A stretch of DNA of 61,281 bases, counting the filler, from Sphacelaria rigidula (lineage: Eukaryota): NCBI GenBank assembly GCA_964200075.2. It is 9 parts of 9 records of this genome, joined end to end, with 100 filler letters (N's around TTAATTAATTAA, not from the genome) between each part and the next. Parts side by side here need not be neighbours in the genome. Positions count along the whole stretch, not along the records: positions 6,822 to 13,541 come from CAXNAA020018427.1; positions 13,642 to 20,361 come from CAXNAA020018428.1; positions 20,462 to 27,181 come from CAXNAA020018429.1; 6 more parts are not named here. One strand, 5' to 3'. The notes under the pieces are model-generated. The model searched no databases. It saw only the letters and a program-made list of their open reading frames with translations, and was not told the DNA's origin. The position numbers and the translations under genes were made by a program. Below are positions 12,575 through 23,670 of this stretch, in pieces. Each line of letters opens with the position of its first letter. Within the stretch, counting starts at the first letter, position 1.

Positions 12575-14602
12575 CCACTCCAAGTATTGGCCGTATAATG
12601 GGCCTGCAAACTGCAGAATCGCTTCTCGGCTGGCCCAGCTCGTATTCGTCGGCTGTAATATTCAAGGACGAAGAAATGTTGAGGGAACGATTGACAATTC
12701 TCAACGAAGGAAGTCCAGATAATGCACCACACGGTGCCGCAATGCGTTCCTATTCAAATCGGCGCCGTACAACACGGTAGCTGCCCGAGTGTTCGGTCTG
12801 CCTCCGTCGGCATTATGATCAGGATTAACGATAGAGAGAAGATGGATCAGTGTTCTCAGAAGATTCGGATTTGTGTTTTCAGGTTCGAGATGGTAAACAG
12901 ACCTCGGGGGGACCCAACCACTGTATCAATGCTTGCACCACAGGGTCCGAGGGGGGGTGCGGGAAAAAACGTCAACACTGACCTCGCACAGCTCCAAGAC
13001 AACAGGATACCGGGATTCGAGGGCCAACGTAACTTGTTGCTCAGTACACATATAATACATGTTGTATGGTAGTGTGTTAGGGTGTGTGGTGTATTGCGGT
13101 GTGTGGATGAGTGTGTGGGGAGTGGAGGGCGAGACAGAGAGAAAGAAGAGAGCGCGTGCCCGTCACGTTGGCGGCGGACGACGTGTCCGGACAGGGAGGC
13201 CCGTCGCGCACGTGCGAGAGAGAGCGCAAGAGCGAGAGAACACAAGTCTTCTACCCCCTGAAGTATTGGAACGGGCGAACGGCTCGAACTGAAAAGCAAT
13301 CTCCTTGAATTTCGAGTCACCAAAATCAGGACCCATTATGGCTCGAGAGCGCCCAGAATGCTGCGCTGTGAGACATGAACATAAACTTTTCCTCGGCTTC
13401 GACAAGTGTTGAATGTAAAAATGGCCATTTACCGATGCTTCGCGCCACGTTGACAACAACGCGGGTACGGTGGGGGGGGGGCGTACTCATTTGTTGCTTG
13501 CCTTAGTCATTTGACCATTGACCACGCATCCCTTTCGAGACNNNNNNNNNNNNNNNNNNNNNNNNNNNNNNNNNNNNNNNNNNNNTTAATTAATTAANNN
13601 NNNNNNNNNNNNNNNNNNNNNNNNNNNNNNNNNNNNNNNNNTCGAAAGGGATGCGTGGTCAATGGTCAAACGACTAAGGCAAGCAACAAATGAGTACGCC
13701 CCTCCCCTCTTCCCTTTGAGTGCGGCGTAGAACTTCTCCCATGGTTGGCTATTCTTGGTCCACGATGTCTTCTTGACGTCCAGTGATTGATTGGTTGTTC
13801 CGTTTCACTTTTTATGATGAATTGCCCGAGGGGATTTATTGTGCAGCAGTGCGAATTCCGAGTTCCCGCTTACGACCGCATTATTGTCGCGCTCTTCGCG
13901 AAATCGCGAAACTTCGCATTTGCTTGAAGACATATAAAGAAATAATCAAGAAATTGTACCGCGGGAACTATGCATCGCGCTTTGCGCAGAAAGTCTCCCT
14001 CACAAGCCTTATCTATTTATTTTTTTCGCTATATATTGCACTACACAAGCGCAGTTTTTAAGCTGTGTGCTTCTTGATTCCAATACTGTCCAAAAAAGCT
14101 ATATGTGGGGTGTGCCTATCGCTCGAGGCAACGATACGTGAATGCGGCATCGCCAGACACATCAAGATGTGCGAATTATGTCGTCGGAAGTGATTTACAA
14201 TCCTGTTTCTTGTTTTGTCCTCCGTCCTTCTACTGTGGTATGACTTTTCATCAAGGACGTACGAGAGAAAAAACTGAACTGTGTTCGTGTGTGTGTCTTC
14301 TGTTCCCTTATTCCGGTTCCGTATCCTTCTCAAGTCATGTCTCCCCTGTTTTGAATAATCCCTCGGAATACCTTCAAAAAGGCGGTAGATGTAAGCAGGT
14401 AGGCAGAACATCGGAATGCTATGGTTTCTTTTGAACACTCGTTCGTACATCGACACCATGAACACGTTTTACAAAATGGGACCCTCGTCATTGTGTGTAC
14501 AAAATGGGACCCTCATCGACACTAAAATCAATACATCAATGATGACGCACACAGGTCTTAGATTCATCCCATTCTGTATTACTGTGACGCCGGAACCCGC
14601 AG

Positions 14603-14784
14603 TGCTGCCGCAACACGTGTCGGAGTTGCTGAAAGACGGGACTGCGGTCGAGGATGTACTGGAGGAGTATCCCGAGATCACAATCTTGTTCTGCTACATC
14701 ACGGGGTTTAAGGAGCTCACAACGAGCTGCGATCCTTACGATGTGGTGGATTTCGTCAATTCTTTATTTTCGAGCTTTGATAAG
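14603..14784 (+). CDS. Class III nucleotide (guanylate-type) cyclase, exon encoding the start of the catalytic domain
   Basis: Acceptor CGCAG| and donor AAG|GTGAGA. Encodes (x)LPQHVSELLKDG...EEYPEITILFCYITGFKELTTSCDPYDVVDFVNSLFSSFDK, matching the TILFxDIxGFT...LNxLFxxFD motif. Confidence 0.88.
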
Positions 14785-14854
14785 GTGAGATAGTTCGTTT
14801 GTATTTTCGCCGTCTTGACTCCTGTGATCGCGGTACACCATCGCCATTGCTACG

Positions 14855-15360
14855 ACTAGGACATGCGAGGGTTCTGAGAAGTTAACTTCAGGGTGAAAAG
14901 TTAAAAACTTTCACAACGTGATCGAACTCACCAATCCTTTTGCTTCAAGCGTTTTGATAAGATGAAGTGATTCGGCCGCATCTCTTTCCCGGCGTTTTCG
15001 TCCTCTCAGATTTTACCCTATCGGGAATACTACACGTACGACCAGTACATGACGAGTTTTGAGGAATGAGCACTTGGCTGCATGCAGCAACCGCTACGAT
15101 AGGATCTATGTCGCCAATCTCTTGTTCGCAATCTTTGATGAAAAGTGAGGTGATTCGTTCACGTTACGTCATTCGTTCATGTCTTGAGATTACTGTCCAC
15201 TAGTGCTCTTGCCACTGCCGGGTGCTAGTACATGGCAGGCTTGCCAGCATATTCGCAGGCTTTAAGCAAGTAATCCCAAGCTTCATATATATCTCGCAAA
15301 CCTTACAAGTTTTGCGATTTCTTCAACTCCTTGTTCTCAAGCTCTGACAACAAGTAAGCA
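14855..15360 (+). pseudogene. Three decayed tandem copies of the 3' half of the cyclase exon plus its donor site
   Basis: Period about 190 bp. The last copy reads DFFNSLFSSSDN followed by GTAAGC, against DFVNSLFSSFDK|GTGAGA in the exon. Confidence 0.7.
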
Positions 15361-15380
15361 TATTTGTTTTTTTTCACCAG

Positions 15381-15826
15381 GGACAGCCAATCATCGAAAT
15401 TGAGGATGGAGCTTTTCATTGAGGATGAGAAACCGGAGGATCAAAATCTTCGTATCCACACCGGATCTTCGAAAAATGTTTTCATTTCTTCACCTACTGG
15501 TAGCCGTTAATAAGTACTACACATCATACAATTTGGATTTCGATAACCGAAATGCTTGGGTCCTAGGTGAAACACCAATTTCGAGCAATTTCGGTGATAC
15601 GTTCGGATCACGTCAATCCTCAAAAAGTGCTTCTTCATCTAGGAGCCCAATATTTCGATTATCGAAATCCAAATTTTGTAGGGCGTGTAACGGTTGTCAA
15701 TAGCCACCAGTAGGGGGAGGAATGAAACCACATTCCGAACATTCGGTGTGGATACGAAGATTGTGACCCTCTGGCTTCTCATCCTCAATGAAAAGCTCCA
15801 TCCTCAATTTTGATGATCGGCTGTTC
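15381..15826. mobile_element. Foldback MITE with arms of about 190 bp, in the cyclase intron
   Basis: CAGCCAATCATCGAAATTGAGGATGGAGCTTTTCATTGAGGATGAGAA ... TTCTCATCCTCAATGAAAAGCTCCATCCTCAATTTTGATGATCGGCTG. Second family member at 53212-53631. Confidence 0.85.
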
Positions 15827-18295
15827 AGGGGAGGAATCATAGGCTCCAGCCAGTAGCTGAGTGTAGCCCCCTCCGTGTATCCTTCGGTGGCTATGATACC
15901 CCTGGTACTGTTCGCATACCCTATTTTCAGGCCTTGTTATGCACCAAAAGCAAATGATCGAGTGCACAGATGTTCACACCGATTCGAGATCTTATTCCTG
16001 TGGCATCCGGGCGCACGCATTTGAAACGCTACCGTTACCGTGCAAAAACTGAAGCGAACGGCCAATTTGGTAGCACCCTTCGGTGGTCTGGCCTTTGGAT
16101 TAACTCGCGAAATGTTCTGATTTTTTGCGGATTCAAGGACGAGTTTTTCCTGTGACGAAGTCTCTCACTGCAAAGGGAGTATTCAGTACTCAGAGTGTGT
16201 GGTTCAATGCCGGGTGCCTCGTATCCCGGTACAGCTCTCTAGATGCCTCACGATGTTCCCCCTGGGGGTTTCATTTGGTAGGGTGGTAGCCTGCGGCGTT
16301 TTGGGTGACATGCACCGAATTTTACCGCAGTGCAGCTCGAGCTGGTGGGTCGAAACAACTATCTGACAAACGTGCCATGGGAAGCATGGCACTGGCTTGC
16401 TAGCTCTCTCCTCATGAATTGTTGGTGGGAGCACGTCGACATGCTGGCGTGATGCTGCTGGACTGTATTTCCGCTGGTTTAGAGGTCGAATATTTGCCTC
16501 AGAAACAAGATATATGCTGTCTACCCGAGTCCCGGCGTAGATAACCACGCTCGAGATACCCGAGGCCGCACTCCTCGCCAGCACATCTCAAGGTTCAAAT
16601 TCGATTGATGGTGGAATCTACGCCTTGGACGGATGCGTTTGCGAGGAAGGCGGCCCCGGAGATATCGGATGTGTACATACGGGGGTCGGGCTTCCTGCGT
16701 ATATTTGTGTTGATGACGGGAAAATTTCACTCCTGAACTCGTGAGTGCTCACTAGTTGCTCAGAGATCAAATACCCACCTGAAGAACACAGCGACCATCG
16801 ACCTTTATCTGAAGTGATAATTTCGCCGGTGACGGATACGTCTGAGAGCTTTCCTCCGTACATTCCGTCCGCAGCAAATGTCTGTAGAGATGATAGTGAT
16901 GCCATCCACAGTGAAACGCTACCCCGGCTCCAAGTTGTTGTATTCCGATCGGATTCCTTCGCTTGGTATGGTTTGCCGGTCCGGCAACAGCACGCCGTTT
17001 CCGTTTTTCGTCTCTCTTTCACGAGGGTAATCATACTTTGGCAACTGCACGTTTTAGAGCGGACTCGTGGGAAAGTATTGGAAACATCATCGAGACTTTG
17101 AGCTCAGTGGTTCGTAAAACGTATCTCCTCGACATGAAAAAAGGAATAGGATGAGCGGTGTAAGTAGAAGTTACATTTGGCGTTTTGTGTGCGGCGGACA
17201 AGAGCAAATAACAACAAATTGTACGCGATCCGTCTTGATTCGCAACAACTTTTGTATAGATATTTTACTCAACGCTATGACAGCACGTGTACAGTCCCAA
17301 GACCCACATAGGCTGCCGTTTATATGCCGTATGAAGTTAAACTTCGAAAAAGATTGCAAACGTTTACCGTGGACCGTGATGTTCTCCGCGGTATGAACAT
17401 CGGGTCAATCAGCAGAATCAGCGGTGGATGCTTCAGAATAGTAGAGTTACACAAGCCAGTGCCCGTGCGCCCCATTGATAAACTAGGTTGGCGAATTCGA
17501 ACTCCCGACAGATGATTTGGTTTTTGACACGATTGATTGCTCGTCACGCGTTAGCTGGTCTGTCGCGAATTTCGGACGGAGCCACAAAACAGAGTACAAT
17601 ACACGAGGTACATACATGCAGGAGAAGAGTCTAGAACCGGAAAGGATTAAGGCGAAAGACGAGAACGAAGAAAGCAAACTACAGAAAAGGAGAAACAGAG
17701 TAGAGTAGGATGCAGGCGAAAAGAAGAGGAAAATATGAAGACACAAAAGAGAACGAAGACATCATTATTATTTTTGCGAGGTTTATGACCTGTCCACATC
17801 TTCAAACCGCGGCTAGGTTCCTCGTAGTTCAGTTTAATCCGGTCGATCAATCAATAAATTAACTCATAATCTGGTTCGAGTCATACAGAGTGTGATGGCG
17901 TGGGTCACAAAAATCGATGAACGTCGACGGGGTGCGGGAGTGCTGCCGGTCATGATCCAATAATACGCGTTTGCAAATTATCAGGTGTATACCGGGGAAG
18001 AGATGGCTTGGTTGATATCTTGAGACTGCGGGACGGGCTCATCCCAAGGAGGTGGAGGGGATCAAACAAGAACATGAACAACAACATGCACAAATTTCCC
18101 CGGCAGCGATGAAATGAACGTACCCCATTCTCCTCCAAGGACGAGAGAGTTTGGGTTATACATCCGTGCATTCATGTTGGGTACGTCCAGCTGGTGACGG
18201 ACCACCGCTGGACTCGGCGTGGATCAGTTGATCAGACAACGAATACTCCAACCAATCAATCAATCAATTAATCAATCTTTCACTGTCCACTGTTG

Positions 18296-18785
18296 ACACT
18301 ATATTCGTGAGATTCAGAGTGTAGTTTCAGATTCAGAGTCTGAACTTCAAACGGAAGAACTGTTTCCTTTGTGTTCAATTCTGATGCGAAACAGTTCGCG
18401 TCACTGATCAACCAACCCGAGTAATGACCGTGCGTGTTTTCACAGATCGGCAATGTTGGTTGATTAGTGACGCGAACTGTTTCGCATAAGAATCGACCAC
18501 AAAAAAAACAGTTCTTCCGTTTGAAGTCTTGACTCTGAATCTGAAACTACACTCTGAATCTCACGACTATAGTGTTTACCACATTCATTTGGGGAGATTC
18601 GGGGAAAAGCGTACAAAATCAACCAAAGTTGGAGGCTGTGAAAACACGCACGTTCATCACTCGGGTTGGTTCATTAGTGACGCAAGCTGTTTCGCATGAG
18701 TATTGACAACAAAGGAAATAGTTCTTCCGTTTGAAACCCTGACTCTGAACCTGAAAGTACACTCTGAATCTCACGAATATAGTAT
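18296..18785. repeat. Foldback with one left arm (18296-18445) and two right arms (18454-18575, 18637-18785)
   Basis: CTATATTCGTGAGATTCAGAGTGTA... occurs once forward, and its reverse complement TACACTCTGAATCTCACGA.TATAG occurs twice. Confidence 0.85.
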
Positions 18786-18934
18786 TTGTTGCTCCCTCCG
18801 TGGTATTTTTTGCTCGCCCCCCTATTATTCATGTCATCATCACCGCCATTATCACCGTCATCATTCAAAACAACCAATAACAACAATTACTACTACCACC
18901 ACTACTACTACCACTTCTACTACGACTGCTACAG

Positions 18935-19179
18935 TGCACAGAATACCATCACGTGTACAAGCTGGAGGCTATAGACTGTTCGTATCTCTGTTGTGCGGGA
19001 GGGGGGCAGGAGAGCGGGTGGGGGAATCACGACCACTTCGCTCCGGCGGCGGATCGCATGTGGGACATGGCCCAAACTATGCTGGCAGTAGCTGCACACG
19101 GTAGTCGGCTACCAACTGCTGTGGGATCGAACGAGCAGGGCGGGAACGTGATTCTCAAGATTGGGATACACACCGGCAG
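18935..19179 (+). CDS. Class III nucleotide cyclase, next exon
   Basis: Acceptor CTACAG| after an (ACT/CAC)n tract, phase 0 matching the previous exon. Encodes CTEYHHVYKLEAIDCSYLCCAG...AADRMWDMAQTML...VILKIGIHTG, equivalent to VYKVETIGDAY...ADMALDM...IRIGIHSG. Donor AG|GTACTG. Confidence 0.88.
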
Positions 19180-20249
19180 GTACTGGCGTTTCTGTACATA
19201 TATTATTAGGGTGCTTTTTGTTTCACCGGAAAATAGGGCGGTTTATCTATTTTATAATTATTTCATTTCAGTTATTTACATGTCGCACTTTAAACCCTTC
19301 CCCTTCCTCGGGATGAGTCCGTGGTCTCAAGGGATTAACCCATCTCTCCCCCGGTATTACGAAGAATTAACCACCGAACCAGGAAGATAGGGACAGACTA
19401 AGCAGCAAAGAAATCCTTGGAAAACCGAGAAAGCGGATAAAGATCCCGAACTGCAAAACACAAGCTCCTGCCCCTCAAAATGCGAAAATTCAAGACCGGA
19501 ACACCAACAACATGACTTCCTGAAAATCAACAAGTATGAAATCAACGACCGAAGACCGGAACACCTCGCAAGGGTATCTACAATAGGCATCACGCGGATA
19601 AGCATTTTTCGGGGTGATGAGAAACTCAGCTTCGAGTTTCTCGCGAAAATTTAACGGCGGGACCACAGATGCTGCCGACACATGGTCGTCGGACAGATTC
19701 ATTGGGATATTTCAGTTCAATGAAGTTATGATACTACGTCACCTCGTTTGCAGGGAAAATCCGTATTGTATTTCTTATTCTTATGGGTGGTATCCTTCGT
19801 ATGGCAACCTAACTACGGCGGTATACACATGTAATGGCCCGCTTCGATGCGGATTGTTTTGTGAGAAGTCGAGTATCATTGCCTTCGAACCGCACTTGCA
19901 TACTAGAGCCCACGAAGTGCTGATGAACTCTTGGGCCCCACACAGATTCTTGTACACTCAAACATATATACACACATGGCACGTTTACGCTAGATGGGGA
20001 AATATCAGGACGTTTTGATGTTTTACAAGGAGTTACACAAGGATGTACGTTATCACTCACTTCACTCAAGATAACAGCAGAGGCAGCGAAGGGAGGAGTC
20101 AAGGTGAGGGGAGATACGTTATCGAGGGTGATGTTCGCGAATTATTTTGTGGGGATATTAGAAACACCAGAAGTATTGCAAAAATAATTAGAGAAAGCGC
20201 TAGAGCACACTAGGAAATGAAGAGTGATAGTGCGTGTTGCGTGTGTAGT

Positions 20250-20325
20250 CGTCCCATCTATTCTGGACGCCGGTCTACACCTTTCGGTATACGTGGGCGC
20301 ACCAGCCGGGGTCACACAGGAGGGA
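20250..20325 (+). repeat. Dispersed repeat family (also 33845-33922, and 34845-34916 minus)
   Basis: CATCTATTCTGGACGCCGGTCTACACCTTTCGGTATACGTGGGCGCACCAGCCGGGGTCACACAGGAGG is near-identical in three contigs. Confidence 0.85.
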
Positions 20326-20708
20326 GATCAAGACAGGAGTTTTTTTTTTTCATACCCCACCNNNNNNNNNNNNNNNNNNNNNNNNNNNNNNNNNNNNNNN
20401 NNNNNTTAATTAATTAANNNNNNNNNNNNNNNNNNNNNNNNNNNNNNNNNNNNNNNNNNNNATGAGTACGACTAAGAGAGGGGGGGGGGGGGCAGTTTAA
20501 ACACCACAGCCATTTCGCTGATGCTGTAACGCCCTACGATACGGGGGCTGCCTGTTGTGCAGCCTTCGCTGCCACCATGCCTGCCGTGTCCGGTGATGCA
20601 AGTCATGTGTCACGTGTCACGTGTCATGTACCATGCATCATGCGTGTCGCTTTTCTGACGCCGTGTCGTGTTTTGTGCTGTGACGTGTGCTTTTGTCGTG
20701 TACTGCAG

Positions 20709-23670
20709 ACCTTGGTTCCGATGCTCCAGATGTTGCCAACACCACCGGCTTCCCCATCGGCAACGTCTTCTGGTGAGCCTTGGCTGGAGATTAACCGCCC
20801 ACCAAAGAGTACAGGACGATCGACATGATTGAGTGGATTTCGTAGAAAAACTGAATAGGTTTCCGTCGAGACTTTGTTTCCGCTTGTTTCTTTCGACATT
20901 CGAGCACTTCTTGTTCAGTGCAGTATAGAGGTTGGTTACGTGACACCCACAAATGGGCGTCAATGCTTCGTTGTGTCAATACAGTGTTATATTGCTCGCG
21001 CAGTGTTAGTGTACCGTACTCACCCAAAGCAGTCTGGGATGTCGCTATTTGGGCACCACGACTCGATTTCCTGGGGACCCTATTCCGGGATTGTAGGAGT
21101 GTACAAGTTGAAGGGATGAGGGCGACAAGCTAGTCCACCTAGATGCTAATGTGCTAGCAGCGGACGACAGAGTGTAGATTTTTGTATTGTGTCTTGGTAC
21201 AAAAGGTACCGTTTCGTGTGTGTCCATGGCCCCAATTGTTTCCGAGGTGATTTATACCGGTAAGCAGGCAAGTGAGGGTATGATGATACCTAATACACTA
21301 TATACATAACATGACACACGACACACGGACGCTTGCTGCGCTGGCTCGCTGACTGTGCGACCCGACTCTCGCTGAATGTACAACCGGATTCTCGTTGGCT
21401 ACACGACCTGAACGGCATGCCTTCGGCAGGAGGAACTACCTTTCGGGCACGCAATACGATGGCATCAAGCTGAAGCAGGGTGATTCCAATGTTGTCGTGA
21501 ACAACCGCATCGCAGGGGCATCGTCGATCATGTGAGTTATTCTGTCTTGGGTGGAAAGTCGGCACCTTCCGAAGTAGAGGTGTGTTGTTTCTAGCTTGCA
21601 AAGCATCACATACGTTAACGAGGGCTTTCACCAGTGCCTGGATTGATGAAATCAAGCGTGAAAACACCGATCAGCCGGGGATGTTTGATGCCTGCCAGGG
21701 CACTTCGGCACATGAGACGGAACTGGTTGTAGAGTACCTTGCGAAAGGCTAAGGGTACGGATCATGACCAATACGAGCTGATCCCACCAATAAGCGTAGG
21801 ATGCACTCACCCCCACTCCTTCAGGATTTTCAATAGAGTTGGTAACACACGAGTAAGAAACGAGTACCACTTGACGCCGGGTACAAGGACAACACAACAC
21901 AACATAATAAATTACAAGACAAGACAAGACAAGACAAGATGGCACCGTGACCCGAAGCGCGCAGTGCCTTTTCCCCCCCAAGTAATACGTCCACAGAAGC
22001 GACGAAAAAGACGGCGAATGGTAGGTGGAAACTTTCCATATTTGTTTGTAGTACAGACGCTGCACCACACAAGGCTCTGCAGTTGGTACGTATTGATGCA
22101 CAGGGTCGTTGAGGCACCACGAACGTCTGGATATGAATCGATGCGGATATCTCAAGTCGTCCCCAGTCCCGAGTTAATTGTTCCCTTGTTTGTCCCTCCG
22201 GTGCTTCTCGTAATATTATTTCAGTACCGTACAATGAGAAAATGGCCGGATACAAGACTCTTTCCCCCTATGCTCTCCCCTCCCACTTTGAGAACTATTA
22301 CTTCGCCTGAATAGACGCGAGCATGTTGAACCCATGGTACGAATGATCGTGCTGTGGAGCGTGACTGATTCTATCTTCTGGGGCTGGGTAATAAGACATC
22401 ATTGAATGGAAGGTGGCCGAATGGTGCACTCGATCATTACTAAACTACAAATCCAATTATCTGGATCCCAGGCAAATGTTTCAAGTACGCCCAAGCGCTC
22501 TCGTTCGCAGCATGGATACAGTACAAACAGGTGTAAAACGTTTTGGCTCATGGATTTGTGTGGAGTCGAAAAAGCAGCGCGAGTCGGCCAGGAAAAGGCA
22601 GCTGATGTCCGGGAAAGATATCGTGGCGCGTATCCTGCTGGCAATAAAAGTCTGCTGGGGCATGATACGTAAACTATGATCAGCCATACTCAAATGAGAG
22701 AGTGCTCGATCCTCTTTTCAAGACATCGAGGTTGGAGAAATATTGACCGCGGCGTGTGGTACTATATAACTTGTCATGTCATGCCTCGCCAATCGAAACA
22801 AATGACCGTGCCGTGACAAGGCATCTCACTACATGGCATGGCACATAACGTGGCATATGACATTACATGGCATGGAGTAACTGTAACTGAGGGAACACAT
22901 GATGCCACGTCTTACGTGGCCCACTTACGGCTCGGGGGTTTAGCTTAGTGCCTCGAGTGACTCGCTCAAGTCTACTCTGGACATGTCACGCTGGCTCGAG
23001 CGGTACGCAGCTCCAACATGAAGACGCAGACAGTCTCGGGTGATATCCATGGTTTCATGTTAGCATCGTTACATTGATATAATTGAGCGCACCTCTGGTC
23101 TTTGTTGATATCTACGTACCGTTCGAACAACGGCGTGAAAAATTACCGGTAATTAGATTGCTTACACTTGCACAAGCCTGGTCTGCGGCGAGAGGTAAGA
23201 GGCAAGAAGCCAACGCAGTACGTCTTCACACAGATGAGAGGTTGATCTCGATGGCTCTTCGATGCTTTTCACAGCTTGTGGGGCCACTCACAACTTTTCC
23301 CTTCGTGGGGAGTGTCGGAAGATACCGGGGTCATGTTGGCGCTCAGCCCATTTTGGAACAGAACGTTAACTCGAGATTAACGGAGGCATGTTTTTAACCG
23401 TCGAAAGAGCCTCAAATACTCTCCGCGCATGACAAATCAGGGCGCCATCCTGTCGTCCAGCCCTCTGGGTTCGCCAGTCAGATGGCTCTGCCCATCGTCG
23501 TGTTGACCCTTCCATACGCGGCGCCGCGTGCCGTGACACTACACGACCTTGCAGGATGGACGACAGCGACGCGACAACGTATCGAGATAACGAAGAGGAG
23601 GAAGGCATGGAGGTTGAAGTTAGAGGCACCAGCTGCTTCTCTGACGACTCTGAAGTTGGGCCCACGTGTT
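20709..23670 (+). pseudogene. Decayed hAT-superfamily transposase relic
   Basis: Motif remnants in hAT order: BED-finger-like segment (about 20800-21060), FTSAWID (21627-21647), VLDPLFK (22702-22722; cf. LDPRFK), LPxI...AWSAA/DERLISMA (about 23140-23256; cf. dimerisation SAxSERxFS), acidic tail. Many stops and frameshifts. Confidence 0.55.

Noticed and set aside
6822..13541. Endogenous phaeovirus insertion around the EsV-1-7 gene
   Set aside because: No other viral genes or gene-dense region. The flanks are host-type repeats, and EsV-1-7 genes are a known host family.
13473..13703. Apparent long inverted repeat spanning the gap (same pattern at 54408-54620, and 33845 vs 34916)
   Set aside because: Unrelated contigs both end in or near the same high-copy repeat. 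The symmetry is an artefact of concatenation.
16200..17400. Possible retroelement coding relic in the cyclase intron
   Set aside because: Frames are interrupted and no reverse transcriptase, RNase H or integrase motif could be identified by eye.
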